DNA of 64,000 bases from Amoebophrya sp. A120 (lineage: Eukaryota > Protista > Dinoflagellata): positions 3,029,675 through 3,093,674 of the forward strand of contig CAJINV010000001.1 in assembly GCA_905178155.1 (NCBI GenBank), written 5' to 3'. Numbering within the stretch: the first letter of the stretch is position 1; every line of letters starts with the position of its first letter. Below, in pieces: positions 23,231 through 35,600 of the stretch. The notes under the pieces are model-generated. The model made no database searches. It worked only from the letters and a program-made list of their open reading frames with translations, and had not been told where the DNA came from. Position numbers and translations under genes: made by a program.

Positions 23231-26102
23231 GGTGCAGCTTTTCGAGTTGTCTAGCTGTAGCCCAAGTTCTTGTCCAGCACATTAAACAAGAGTTCAACTA
23301 CCTCTCTGCCTGGGCTGGCAGCTCCCTGGTCACCAGCACGATGCAATAAATTGGTGCACGATCATGACACTAGAATCGGACGACTCTGGTGAAGTTGTCC
23401 GTCCGACAGAAAATCGCCGCGGAGAAGTTGTTCTCGACGCTGGCGCCATATGTCGTCTTGTTATCGAAGCTCATCTGCTAGTACTTGGAGAAATTTCATC
23501 CTGCGTCCTCGTTTTCAGCGCCGCACTTGTCGACGCCAAAATCGTAGAGGCGAGGAAACACGAGACGGCGGCTCGTCTCGGTATGTTACTTCGATAATAC
23601 GTTATGTCCGCATCGTCCATGTCCTAAAGCTTGATGAGCTCGCTGGAAAAAAAAGTATCTACTTCGATTCCGAAACATATACTTATAAGCATCAAAGTAT
23701 GTAGGTCGTGCAAAAATTCTGAAAAAGAAGAGTGCTAGAAGTAGAAGGTACATCAAAGTGAAACACCAGAGATTTCTAGTCGCTGTCGGAATTACTTGGG
23801 AAAAAATCTATTTTCAATTCCTCGGCACCGGGCCTAGCCACGTTTGTTGCGAAAGATCTTGTGGACCCATGATGCATCTCGTGAATTGAATCGAAATCTA
23901 CTTTATTAGAGCCTCTAGAAGATATTTTTGAAGCAATTTTCTTTTCCACCACCCGCGACGAACAGACGAGGATCGTCACAAAGAGAAAAGTTGTGTACTA
24001 AAGATCCAGTGCTTCTCCATGTCATGGAAAACCTTTGCATGATTTGCTTCCTTGTTTTGCTTTCAATAGTCCTCCCTGAGCCTTGTTCACTTTCTAATTT
24101 TTTTGTGGTAGAGGTTGTGATTTCGTATCTTACTGGAACTAGTACACGGACGCAAGAGGATCAACGGGCTCAAATCCTCCAAGAGAACAGCTCTTGTCTT
24201 TCTTTATCCCATCTTCATCGAGAAACAACGCGTCGCTTCTTCCTTGCTTTCCCGACGCAAAGAAAGATGTGATTTTTTTCTGCGGTTTTTTCATGTGAAC
24301 GATGTTGGTCATGGTCGTGTTTTGTCTAAAAAAATGAATGCAATCATGGCTCAAAACATGTTTGTCTTTGTTCTGCTGTTCTGCTTCCGCTAATCTCGAG
24401 GTGTCATTCAATGCTACTTCAAGACTATCTGCGAGAAACAGAAACATCATGATCATTCTTCTCATGTTGGTTCATTTTGTCGTCGTGTTTGCCGAGTGCA
24501 GTCTGCTTGCAACTATTCTCGATCTTGTCTATATCATATGCTCTTGCTCTATGGTCGTATGCTGGTGCTCATTACTTCTAATATGCTAGTATGCAGGGTG
24601 TCTTGGTGTGCAATTTTTTGCTTCTCGCGACTACATCTTACATGTTGCTCAATAGAGCTAGAACCACTTCTGTATCTTGCAGTTTGCGGGTTTGTAACCT
24701 CTTCAGTGAGACGAGGAGATCACGCAACCGCGACACAATAGTAGAAGTTATTTATTTTTCTTTTTGGATCAATCATACATGTACATCAACTACAAATTAG
24801 TGCCTCTATAATTTTTTTCTATCTTGTTCTTCACTTGCTGAAACAGCAATCCGGCAAAAAATGAAGGAAGAGCGCTTCATTTAGCCGCGCTCCCCCGCAC
24901 CTTTGACGCCCTGATGTAGTTCATATTGCTGTCACAGATAATTGATTCTCAAGCAAAAAGTCCATCATAATATCAAGTATTTCAACTACAATCTCCAAGT
25001 ATTTTTTCTTTTTCTACTCTATATCACATAAAAGTATCACGATCGAACTTATCGAATATGCTACACGCATTCCTAAGTACACACTATTTTGCATTTTCGA
25101 GATCTTTCATTCATGAGTTGTTTACCCTGTCACTGACGCGCTCGCTGTTCAATCTCGTCCGCTAAAGGTTGATAATTTTCTACAGGTCTTACTCTTAGGT
25201 AACTTCGCATTCGATTACGAAACTAACACTAACTTCTGTTTTTACACAATTTTTTCAATGATAAAACAGACAACTTTTGAAGTGATTCGAAGCAGCTGCA
25301 GCTTCACATAACATCGAGATTGATCGACCACCTCCAGATCGTACAATAATGAATTCTATAATGTCCGATGTTAGTGCTGGAATCATCAGTTGAGCCGCTA
25401 CTTACGTGGTAAGTAATCCTGCCCACTTTGCTGCCGGGTGCTACCTACATCGCTGATTTTTATCTTGGCTTCGTCTTTCCTCCTGGAAGGACCTTGATAC
25501 GCCCCCGGGAAAGACTGTTTCATCTTTCATCACCCTAAGCAAAGGCAAAGCTCGTTTGTTAGTCGATTTCCGAGCTTGTAGTTTGCCTTCTACTTTGAAA
25601 AAATAAAAAGCATTGTATAGTTCAACTCGCGAGCGCGGTAGTTCGACAGGACAGGGTAAACTAGTACTTACTTTTGTCTCGTTTGATTTACATTTATTCA
25701 TTGTCCACGGTTGATAAATACTTTTTGCTATGGTAATCGTGATCCTTGCGGTCATTATTTCTTATTGTATACGCTTTCTACAAGTTTTTCTGGGAAGTTC
25801 TAAAGATAATGAATTGCAATTGAAACAGAAATCATAGACGTAGTAGAGCACGAGTAATTATTCTTTATGTCTTGTAGTGCCATTGTATTGCGCTGCCTTC
25901 ACATAGTTTTAGTTTGAGTTTCACATAGTTTGATTCCGCCAACATTCAAAGGGCCTTCTTGTCAAAATAACATCACAGTGGACAATTTGCGTCCATCGCG
26001 AAGATTTCCACCGCCCATTTTCGACGTGCCTGGCGAACAATTCTTAATACGGAAAATATTGCTTCATGACTTCACTGTGGTCGTAAAACAAGACGAAGTA
26101 GA

Positions 26103-28980
26103 TCACGGAATGGGTAGCTGCGGCTCGGAACGGCTTCCCTCGCGCGCAGCTGCCATGGTTCTTTTCCAGTCTGCGAACCACTGGGGCACCCAGGCCAACT
26201 TGCGCGAGAAGCTGGACGGGTCAACGTATTCTCTTGACGTCACGACGTGGACCCGTCTTCCTTCCTCGGCGTCCCAGCGCCAGCCCCACCTACGCTTCAT
26301 CACTTGCATTTGTGTTGTTAAACCTGCATGGCCCCCCGAGCCCGACGGCAGCTCGCGCTCACGCAGCAGAACCCAAGTGAGTTTCCCATTGCTGAAGAAT
26401 CCGGTCGTGGCCCGAGTAGCTGGAATGGGCTTGAATCCCTCCGCCCTGGGAACGTCCGAGAAGTACTTAGCTGCATCATCCGTGTCTTCGAAGCACCAGG
26501 CCTTCTTTTGCACCACATCCACAATCAGCAACAGCCTGTTCGCATTTTATCAAAACGAAAAATATCCCCTCCCCATATCAAAACGGAAATCTGTGATGCG
26601 GAATTTCTGTACACAAATCAAATCTGTCTTGCAGTAGAGCAATGCACGCAGATCGCAAGCCTAGACAGGGGCCTCTTGCTGTAGGCGCCTAGCATGGCAG
26701 ACGTCTGCCCTGTAGGCCCTACAGCATTACAAATCGCCTACATAACGCGGGGGACAGCCTAAAGTTGCCTTCTTGCATGACAAACCGGATTTGTGGTCAC
26801 AAATCTGCAACGCAAATTTCCAGGACGGTGCGTTTTCAATATGGGGAGGGGGGATTTTTCCTTACGATACATTTTTCAGAGCGTCCTGCGTGAAAGCGTC
26901 CGTATCATCGGGATCACACTGCATGATGTGTTCGTCTCTGGGAGGATGAGCACTTGCCCCTTGTTGTCCCCGTGGTGATCCATGTTCTTGCCCACCATGT
27001 TGCGGTTGCGGTCGCGGCGACGGCGGGCGCTGCGCAGCGCTTGCTGGCCGCCCCGCATGATGTGCTTGTTGCGCCTCGTCTTGTAGTAAAAACGAATGAT
27101 TTTCCCACTCCGATGAATCATCGTCGTGCAGTAAAGACGAATAATTTTCCCACTCCGAATCAGCTGAAGGCTGCAGAGACGACGAAACCCCAGTCGCAAT
27201 ATTACCTCCACCAACGCGAGAACCACCACCCCGACCACGGCTTTCACGATTCTGGCGTTCGACCGCGTGGCGGAAGGAGTGGCAGACTCGTGTGAAATCT
27301 GCCGGCAGCCGTTCGTCGAGCACCTCGATTTGGTCGAGCTGCGTGTCGATGAAGTCCGCGTTATGGAACTGTCAGGATTGAAATCGTCAAAGCTGAGATA
27401 GTTTGTCATGCATAAAATCCAAGGCATGAAGTGCCGGTCTTGCCGGGATGGCAAGTGAGGCAGATTGTGAGCCTATTTAGGGTTCGAAATAGAGCTGCTA
27501 AAAAAGTATGACAGAAGCAGTCCTCTGTGCCCAAACAGCATGACGAATTGGATTCCGGTTCTCCTATGATTTGTCATGCGCCGCTTGGAAATTGGGCTTC
27601 CAACTGGTATCCATTTTATGCATGGCAAACTATTTCAACTTTGACGATTTCAATCCTGACGCTTCCATACGCGTCGAGCAGCATGTAGTTCCACGGCTCC
27701 AGTGCGGTCTCCGCGGTCGGGTGGAGCCCGGCGCGCACAGCCTCCCGGACCCCAGCCTGGTCGAAAAAGCAGTCCACCCTCGCCTGCGAGAAGTCCACCA
27801 GCACCAAAGGTCGCGCGGTGATCGGCTGGTTGGTCAGCGGGTCCACCGGATTGCCGGCCTGGCAAGCGGGTTCGTACTGCCAAGAAGACCGACCTGAAGA
27901 AGGGAATAATGTTGATCCCCATGATGATGATCCTTGATCATGACCTTCCCCGAGGCCGCCGTGGTTGCTCATCAAGGTGCTTTGATGTTGATCAGCCAAA
28001 CCGCCGAATGGTTCCCCCGTCGAGGTCGCCTGTGGTTGCGCGACTTGTGCAGGAGGAGAAGCTGGACCAACATTCGTACTAGAGGACCGCCCGCTCCTCG
28101 TGCGACCACCCCGAGCAGGAGCTCCTGTAGTTGTGCTCCCGTGGCCTGCTGCTGCAGGTTTTGCGCGTGCAGGACGAGCCGGCTGTTGCGCTGGTCGTGG
28201 CTGCACTTGTTGCAGTCCTCCCGCTTCTGCTGCAGGGCCGCCGGTGAATTGATCGTAGGTCGGGTCTAGTAGTCTCAGCCTCTCCCTGCGCATGGCCTCG
28301 GGAGAACGTGCTCGATCTGGCAGTGTTAGGGCTCCTGAACCAGAGGATCGCGCAGCTGGCGTAGCTCCACCCCTTCTGGCCGCACGCGCAGCTGCTGCTG
28401 CCGAGTGAGTCCCTTGGTGAGGCGCTCCGCGGTGCTGACGCACCGGCCAACCGGCTTCTGCGAGCGCTGCGGGGGGTGGCGGCACTACGAAGTTATCGAG
28501 GCCCCCTCTTCGATGCAGTCCCCCGTATGTGTCCGAACGTCGTCGTTGTCCAGATGGTGTGCCAGAAGCTTTCGGAGCAGGCGCCGGTCGTCCTGGAGTG
28601 GGCGACGGAGATCTACTCGTTGGCTGTGACGAGCGGTTGTTCTGTGGCGACGACCACCACCAGTTCTGCCAGCGGCCCCAGCGATCTCGCCACCACTCCC
28701 CCACCCGCCAGCGCCACCCTTGCTGTGATGGATCAGCGTAGTGGTTGTGGTTGTATCCGCCTCCCGCGTTGCGCGGGAGGCGGGACGGTTCGGTTGTCGA
28801 GTCAGCTGCAACGGGCACAATCAAGTCGTTGCACCAGCAGCTGATGAAAGAGGTAGTGCTACAAACTGACGCAGCAACAAGAACTGCAGCTGACATCAGT
28901 TTGTATTGCCGGGCCGCAGCACTGCGCCGCACGTGGTCGCCTGAGCGGTTCTGGTTCATCTTCGCGTCGACCTTGTTCAT
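26103..28980 (-). CDS. Hypothetical protein with signal-like N-terminus and U-box-like segment (~745 aa), split by 2 introners
   Basis: Three ORFs fuse in frame after removing introners (LLDA|DFIDTQ; ALKN|ANRLLL); spliced length 2238 nt; DPLTNQPITARPLVLVD...FFDQAGVREAV. Confidence 0.7.
26548..26869. mobile_element. Introner/MITE family D (322 bp)
   Basis: TIR TAT......GAAAAAT...CCCCTCCCCATAT; TSD CATTT at 26543-26547 and 26870-26874. Confidence 0.92.
27086..27161. repeat. Coding tandem duplication, ~45-bp period
   Basis: GTAAA.ACGAAT.ATTTTCCCACTCCGA twice; encodes SEWENYSSLLHD / SEWENHSFLLQD. Confidence 0.8.
27362..27669. mobile_element. Introner/MITE family B (308 bp)
   Basis: ~57-bp TIR TATGGAA..GTCAGGATTGAAATCGTCAAAG; TSD CGCGT at 27357-27361 and 27670-27674. 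Confidence 0.92.
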
Positions 28981-30703
28981 TTTACACGTCGTGATCGGTC
29001 GTGGTCTCGATGTTCGGAGTCTATCGATCTGATGTTCTGTTCTCCACGTAAATAGATAGTATTTGTATTTCCTTTTCCGTATGTCGAAATATCCCTGGCG
29101 CTCCCCAAATTGTTGCCCGGAATGCTGTAGGTAGTTTCTGCAGCCGCGGTCCCGTTTATTGGAGTTCGATGTGATCCCAATCGATATGTGGTCTCATCTA
29201 TATTTCTTGTGCTGCGTGCCGTCGGCCTTTATTGCGCTTGCCATTGACGTCGCTGGAATTCTATGCGGCCCCGGGAGTTCGCGTTGTAGTTGTTTCTGAC
29301 AGGATGTTGGAATTTACTAAAGAATATTTCCGCCGCGCATTCTCTGCGACAACCCAACATGCACTTTCTGCTTGTGTGTTGTCTAAATGACGAGTGTTGT
29401 AAAAGTATTCTTCAGATTGTATTCCTCAATATCGAAACAATGTAAAAAGGAAATTTTGGTGTGTGAAACCAAAACTGTGGTAAGCGAATACACAATCTGC
29501 ACACTGAGTTTTTGTTTTTCTATATCACACAACCCTACATGATAAAATATCCTACTTCTTTACACGCACATAAGTACGCGCTAGGTGAAACAGGCTGTAG
29601 TTTTGAGGAAGCGATGGAATCATGAAAGAAAATCAACAGAGCAACGTCAAGAACAAGAATAGACAAGGAAAACTGAATCAGCAATCAGAAGCGGTTTTCG
29701 TACTTCTTCCTTTAGTTTGCAGGACCTTCAGCGCGTTAGCACGAGAAACGAAAATGAGAGATCTCCACGAAAAGAAGAAAAAGCGCAATAGCGTGTAAGT
29801 AGTACTATTTCAGGAATGATCTGCGGCGTCTTTTGGCATTTCTGAGCAGCCACATAGATAGTTGTCTTTAGTTTTCGTTTAGAAAATGCATATTTCGATC
29901 CAAGACCAAGGATCTCGCTCATCTTAATTACAATTACAGCTGGAGCTGCTTGACCTACTGCTGGAATGATCAACATGAAAGAACTCGGGATCTCCCTGCA
30001 CACAGATATTTCTTTCGGTGAACGAATCTTCACTTCAGGAAACCCAAGCAGAACCGTATCAGCGCGTGCATTTTCTCCTTCGTCATTGACACCGACTCGC
30101 ATTTCTTTTCTGCTTAGAAACCTTACCGTATATTTCCATCTTGCAGCGGGTTGAGTCAATTTATTCTCTGTCTTTCTGTGGTTAATCCAGAACCAAAGCA
30201 AACGAATACTGAACACTGAATACCACCAGAATGTAATGCAAATGTAGCAGAGTATTTATGTTCTTATTACAATTGGAAATTAGTAGTTTGACATGCAAAT
30301 AATCACATGACTCAAGGCCTGTGGAGTACAACATTGGGTCCATGGGAATAATGTTCATCTTCATGTTCTTTTACCATTGAATCTGTAATGCTGAGATTGG
30401 ATTTGTAATGCTATTTCTCGTCGTGTTCTTGTTTTGTTGTTGTCTTAAGATCTTCATAGCATTGGTCAATTTAGCATTCTGGATCGAGTGCTGAGCATTT
30501 TAGTTGGAGCATGAGCATATGCTGACACTTTCTTCAGTGTCAAGAATCATGATTTGGATTTTGTCTCGTAATCGCAACCCGTCGGGTGATCTTCTTTTAC
30601 TAGATGAGGGAGGAACGAGGAACAAATACAGCTAAAGGATCGATAAGAGCAAGTATCTGGTGCTGCGTGATCAAGAAAACGTCATGCGACGTACACTCCA
30701 ATT

Positions 30704-31899
30704 TTACTTCTTCGCCAGACCGCCAAGTGCGTTGGCCTTCCTGGTTTTTTCGAGCCAGGTTTCCACTCGTGGGATTTCTTGGTTTGGGTGACTCGTGGCG
30801 ATAGTGTGCACCAAGACACCTCTTTCCGCTTTCGAGTCCGGTAGCTGCGTGCGCATCTCGGGGTGTCGGTTGCGGATGCGCTTGCCGAAAAAGACGGAGT
30901 ATCAAATGTAAAAATGTCTGGGTCTGGAAGGATGCAAGATCTGTCATGCTTCTCTGGCATGACTGAAAAGTTTTGTGATGCGTATCCAAGAAGAGACCCT
31001 GGTGTTGCCTGTCATTCAAAACGCAGCTTGTCATGCGGAAAGCGCAACACTAAGTAGCGCAAATATTTCTCGTGCTTGGCTGTGCATTACAGAGAGTTCA
31101 CTCCTCACAACTCAGCATTACAAGTTTCCAGAGGACCCAGACATTTTTACATTTGATACGGAGAATTTTTGTTTCATTTTGATCACCGTGAGCTTGCCGA
31201 AATCCTGTTCGCGTATCAAGTGCAAAAATGTCTGGGTCTGGAAGAATGCAAGTTGAAGTTTGTCATGCTTGTCTCATATGACTCTTAAACTTGTCATGCA
31301 CATTACCCAAGAGCCCCATTTTTCTGTCATGCAGAAACGCAGTCCGTCATGCAGAATAGGCAACACCTCGAAGCTCAGAAACTTGTCATGCTGAGCCAGC
31401 ACTTGTGGCCTCTTCGTGATACGCCACCCAGCATAACAAGTTTCCAGACCCAGACATTTTTGCATTTGATATCGCGGTCGCGGCAGCAAGTCGAGGTAAG
31501 CTGCGCATTGTAGGCGTCCGGCGGCCCGAATTTTCTGAGCCAGTCCTGCAAGCTGTCCATCTTTGGCCCGAGGAAATCCTTGTCCCCCAGCTTTGGAACC
31601 GGTTCAGCGTCTTGCTCATCCGGAGGGGTCTTGTTATTTCCATCGGCATCTAGATGTTGCTCTCCCGCAACTTCGGCTGAAGGCGCTTGTTCTGGTGTGA
31701 TGCGAGTGCCGTACTTGTACTTTTTATTTTTGTACTCACGTTTCAAGTGCGGGTCGGTGCCGGGCTTGTGACGGAACACCATCTCTGCCTCTTCCTCGCG
31801 TACGCTGCCGTAGTGCGCCAACCAATCCTCGGGCTTTCGCATGGTTATACCCCGCTTCTGGAAGGCACCACTAGTCCACGTCTTGGGGAGGTAGGACAT
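30704..31899 (-). CDS. Hypothetical protein (222 aa), split by 2 introners
   Basis: Removing both elements gives CCRDRE|QDFGKLTVIKMKQKFS|VFFGKRIRNRHPEM...GGLAKK*; spliced length 669 nt. Confidence 0.75.
30900..31158. mobile_element. Introner/MITE family C (259 bp)
   Basis: TIR TATCAAATGTAAAAATGTCTGGGTC; TSD CGGAG at 30895-30899 and 31159-31163. Confidence 0.92.
31214..31471. mobile_element. Introner/MITE family C (258 bp)
   Basis: TIR TATCAA(G/A)TGCAAAAATGTCTGGGTCTGGAA; TSD TCGCG at 31209-31213 and 31472-31476. Confidence 0.92.
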
Positions 31900-32664
31900 T
31901 TTGTTCAGGAGACTAGTTGTACTATGGAGATTTTTAAAAAATGCGTATGGCGCTATAATTAATGTCGATGAAAAACTGTAGAAGCGCGATAAGGGGAAGA
32001 AGAAAATCCAGTGAACATAGACGAGAGCAAATACGAGACAGATAAAACCTGTAGTTGCGGAATCAGAGACTAGGGGGACGAGAGAGGTGGCAACAGAGAA
32101 GCAGATCTAGATTCAATTTTGAATCGCTGAAAGTAACCACACGAAAATAAGTGGCTGCAGCGCACTTTCGGTGCCTCTGGCGACGAGGGCCACTTCCACA
32201 ACGATGCCAAGTTATTGTTATGCTGGCTCGAGTTTTTGCAGCAAGTTGTTACACCGACAGGCGAACGCATTCCTTTTTCCTTTCAACCGACGATTCCTCT
32301 ATCAGATCTTCAGACCACACCGAAGTACCTATTGTTGTAGTTTTTTCCGAAGTGAAACCACGAGAAGCCGCCAACAAACCACACGAAAGGTTTTTGCGCA
32401 GGGTAAACCGAGTCTCTGGAAGCTCAGGGCCGCTGGGGCGAGGTAGTATGACAGAGAGGAAACCGATATGTAAGTAGTAGTTGAGCTTGAGGTGACAATG
32501 GCACCAAAGAACGATGATGTAGAAAACCTAACCAAGTGGTCCTGACTCAACTGAAATTCCATCGCGATGAATTTTAGGAATGATAACGATATTCAGGCAT
32601 TACCAGGTCGTTCCACTGCTTCTAGACAATGTGTACCAAGATAAAGTACTCCTCCAAAATTTAT

Positions 32665-35600
32665 TCATTTGTACTCCAAAAACACTCTCTGGAACGCGGG
32701 GTCGAAATTTCGGAGTTCGTTTTCCAAAATCTTGACTTTCTTCATCAACACGGGTTCGTTCCGCGCGACGAGATCCCGTTTCATCGTCATCCAATGCGCC
32801 ATCAAGCAGGCCTTGTCCTCCCGCACATTGGTCATGCCGTAACTGCAGGCGAACCCGGCGGGGGCCACGCCCTTCCGCGCATCCAGACTGACGGCTTTGT
32901 TCACGCGCGGCAGGGTCTCGTCGTTGTACCGGAATCCCGGGCCGTGCAGGGCTTTCCACTCTTTGTCGTGCGGATCGTTCACATTGTCGTCGCAGAAATC
33001 GATCATGTGATAGATCTCGTGGAAAAACGCGTTCTTCCGCCAGCCGCCCGGTGTCGACCAGTTCAGAAACACTTTTTTCGGCTTCTTCGGGCCTTGGTAG
33101 TAGGCCAAGCCGCCGCACGAAAAGCCGCCCATCTTCAGATCGTTCACCACGACTATCTCGTCCAGGCACTTTCGTTTCTTCAGAAACGAGCAGGGCACGC
33201 ACCGGAGCATGGACAGCAGGCTCGTCGGATCCGTTGGGGAGAGAAGCAGGTTCCGGTCGAACTGATCGAGCACTTTCCCCGCCATGATGCGTGCCTGTTT
33301 CGTGTCTTCCGGCGCCACGCCGTCCAACTTTAAGCGGATGCCGAACATGATCTCGAAACTCTTGATGCGGTCTTCCGGACTCATGGCCTCTATTCTGCTG
33401 ATCGGAAAGTGCGGGTCGGACTTGCACTCGTTCGGGTTGACTGGTGGGGGGCGGGGTGCGGGCTTCTGTGGCTGCTGTGCCGGTGGCTTCGCGGGGGAGG
33501 AAGATGAAGCACTAGCAGCTTTTTGTTGCTGCTGTAGTTGATTTTTTCTCCTCTGCTCCTCCTGAAATCGCCTTTCCAACTCAGCGACCCCTGCCTGATA
33601 TTTCCTCTCCTCCTCTTCCGCTCGCCTCTTTGCTTCCAGCGCTTTTTGTTGTTGCTGCTGCTGTAGTTGTTCTTGTTTTTTTTTCCTCGTCTGCTCCTCC
33701 TGATATTGCCTTTCTAGCTCAGCAATTTCCGCCTGATATTTCCTCTCCTCCTCTTCCGCTCGCCTTTTTGCTTCCAGCGCTTTTTGTTGTTGCTGCTGCT
33801 GTAGTTGTTTTTTTTGCTTCTGCTCCTCGTCATAAATCCTTTGCAGCTCAGCAATTTCCGCCTGATACTCCCTCTCCTCCTTTTCCGCTCGCCTCTTTGC
33901 TTCCAGCGCTTCTTGTTGCTGCTGCTGCTGCACTTGTTGTTTTTGCTTCTGCTCCTCGTCATAAATCCTTTGCAGCTCAGCGATCTCCGCCTGGTATTCC
34001 GCCTCCGCCTCGTCCTCCTTCCTCTTCCGTTCCAAATACTCTGCGATCTCCCGCTCATACTGCCTCCTCTCCTCCTCTTGCAACCTTTTTCTCGCTTCGG
34101 CCTGCTTGCGTCGCTGCGCCTCCCGCCCGGCCTCCGCCTGCTGGGCCTTTGCCTGCGCTTCCGCTTCCGCCGCGCGCTTGGCGTCCTCCCGCGCCTTCGC
34201 AATCCGCGCTTCACTGGCCCGGACCTCCGCTTCCGCCTTTTTCTTTGCCTCGGCGGCCACCTTCGCGGCGGCTTCCGCCTCTTTCTGCGCCGCCTCGGCG
34301 GCTTTTTTTTCCGCTTCCACGGCTTTCTTTTGGGCCTCCTCTGCGGCTTTTTTTTTCCTCTCCAACTCCGCTCGCGCTTTCTCGGCCGCCTCGCGCTTCG
34401 CTTTCGCCTCGGCCTCTCGTTTCGCCTTCTCCTCCGCCTCCTTCTTCGCTCGCTCCTCCGCCAGTTTCTTCATTTCTGCCGCCTCGGCCGCTGCCGCACC
34501 TGCGGGTGGAGCTGGACTCGCGGCAACCAACATCGCTCCAGCTCCTCCGAATGAATCATCATCGTCGTCGCCATCGAATAACCACGGCTCCACACCGGCG
34601 TCATCTGCGATGTCGTCGGGTAGTCCCTTCAGCATTTCTTCGAGGTTCGCGCCTTGGCACAATTGAAGGTCCCGCAGCGCCTGCAGCGCCTTGTCCGGAC
34701 GACCGAGCAGAATCGTGTCAAACTCCTGCCGCGTCAAGCTTTTCCCCGGGTCGGTTTTGTCCCGGTCCTTGATCATCGCCACAAGCATTCCCTCCGGGAA
34801 ACCCAGGCTGTCCTCGCGGTCCTTCAACTGCGCTATTACATCGTTCAGACACAGGGCTGAAGAGCTCTTCGAAGATGTAGATGCTCCAGGAGGAGCTCCA
34901 CCTTCTGGAACAACATCTTCAAAGGCGTTTTTGTTCACGGCCCAGACGTACAAGGCCGCCGCCTTCATCATTTGCAAAAAGTCGCGAACTTGCGTCAAGT
35001 TCAGGCTTCCCTTGTCCTCGTCGTCGAAGAATTTCAACACGTGGGGGGCGATATGCATTGCAAAAGTATCGCAGCACTCGTATAAATGCATTACAAATTT
35101 CCTCAGCATGAGAAACAGAAGCTGTGATGCGGATTTGCCTTAAGAGCAAGATTTGTAATGCAAGACTTGCATTTATACGAATACGATACTTTTGCACAGG
35201 ATAGGCGAGAGCCTCGCTCTGTCCCGCGTAGTACATCAGTTTCTTCAACTCGGCCTCGCCGTTCACCTCGCCATTTTATCCTGTGCAAAAGTATCGCACT
35301 CGTACTAATTGCAAATATGCATGGCAAATATGTTTCCTAGGGCAAAACAGCATTACAAATTCCACTTTCCTTCTTGCCAAAATATGTCATGCAATTTATA
35401 CTAATACGACTAGTAGTACGATACTTTTGCAGTGCATACATTTCCGTCCTCGTCAATAAGGTCCATCGCCTCGTTCAGTTCCGCGATTTCCCAGGGCTCC
35501 AACGCCACCCCGCCGACTCCGGAGATATCAAATGCAAAAATGTCTGGGTCTGGAAGATTTCTAGATTTGTCATGCATATTTTCCATGACCCGCGATGTCT

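Noticed and set aside
23300-25900. Short ORFs in AT-rich spacers (also 11742-12270, 29000-30600, 42600-43800, 58400-59600, 62000-63100)
   Set aside because: Low-complexity intergenic/UTR-like composition with no splice-consistent model
30381-30412. Two TGTAATGC motif copies outside an element
   Set aside because: No TAT...ATA ends, TIR or TSD nearby; at most an eroded remnant
33530-34010. CRISPR-like repeat array
   Set aside because: In-frame coding coiled-coil repeats without unique spacers; no cas genes; eukaryotic context
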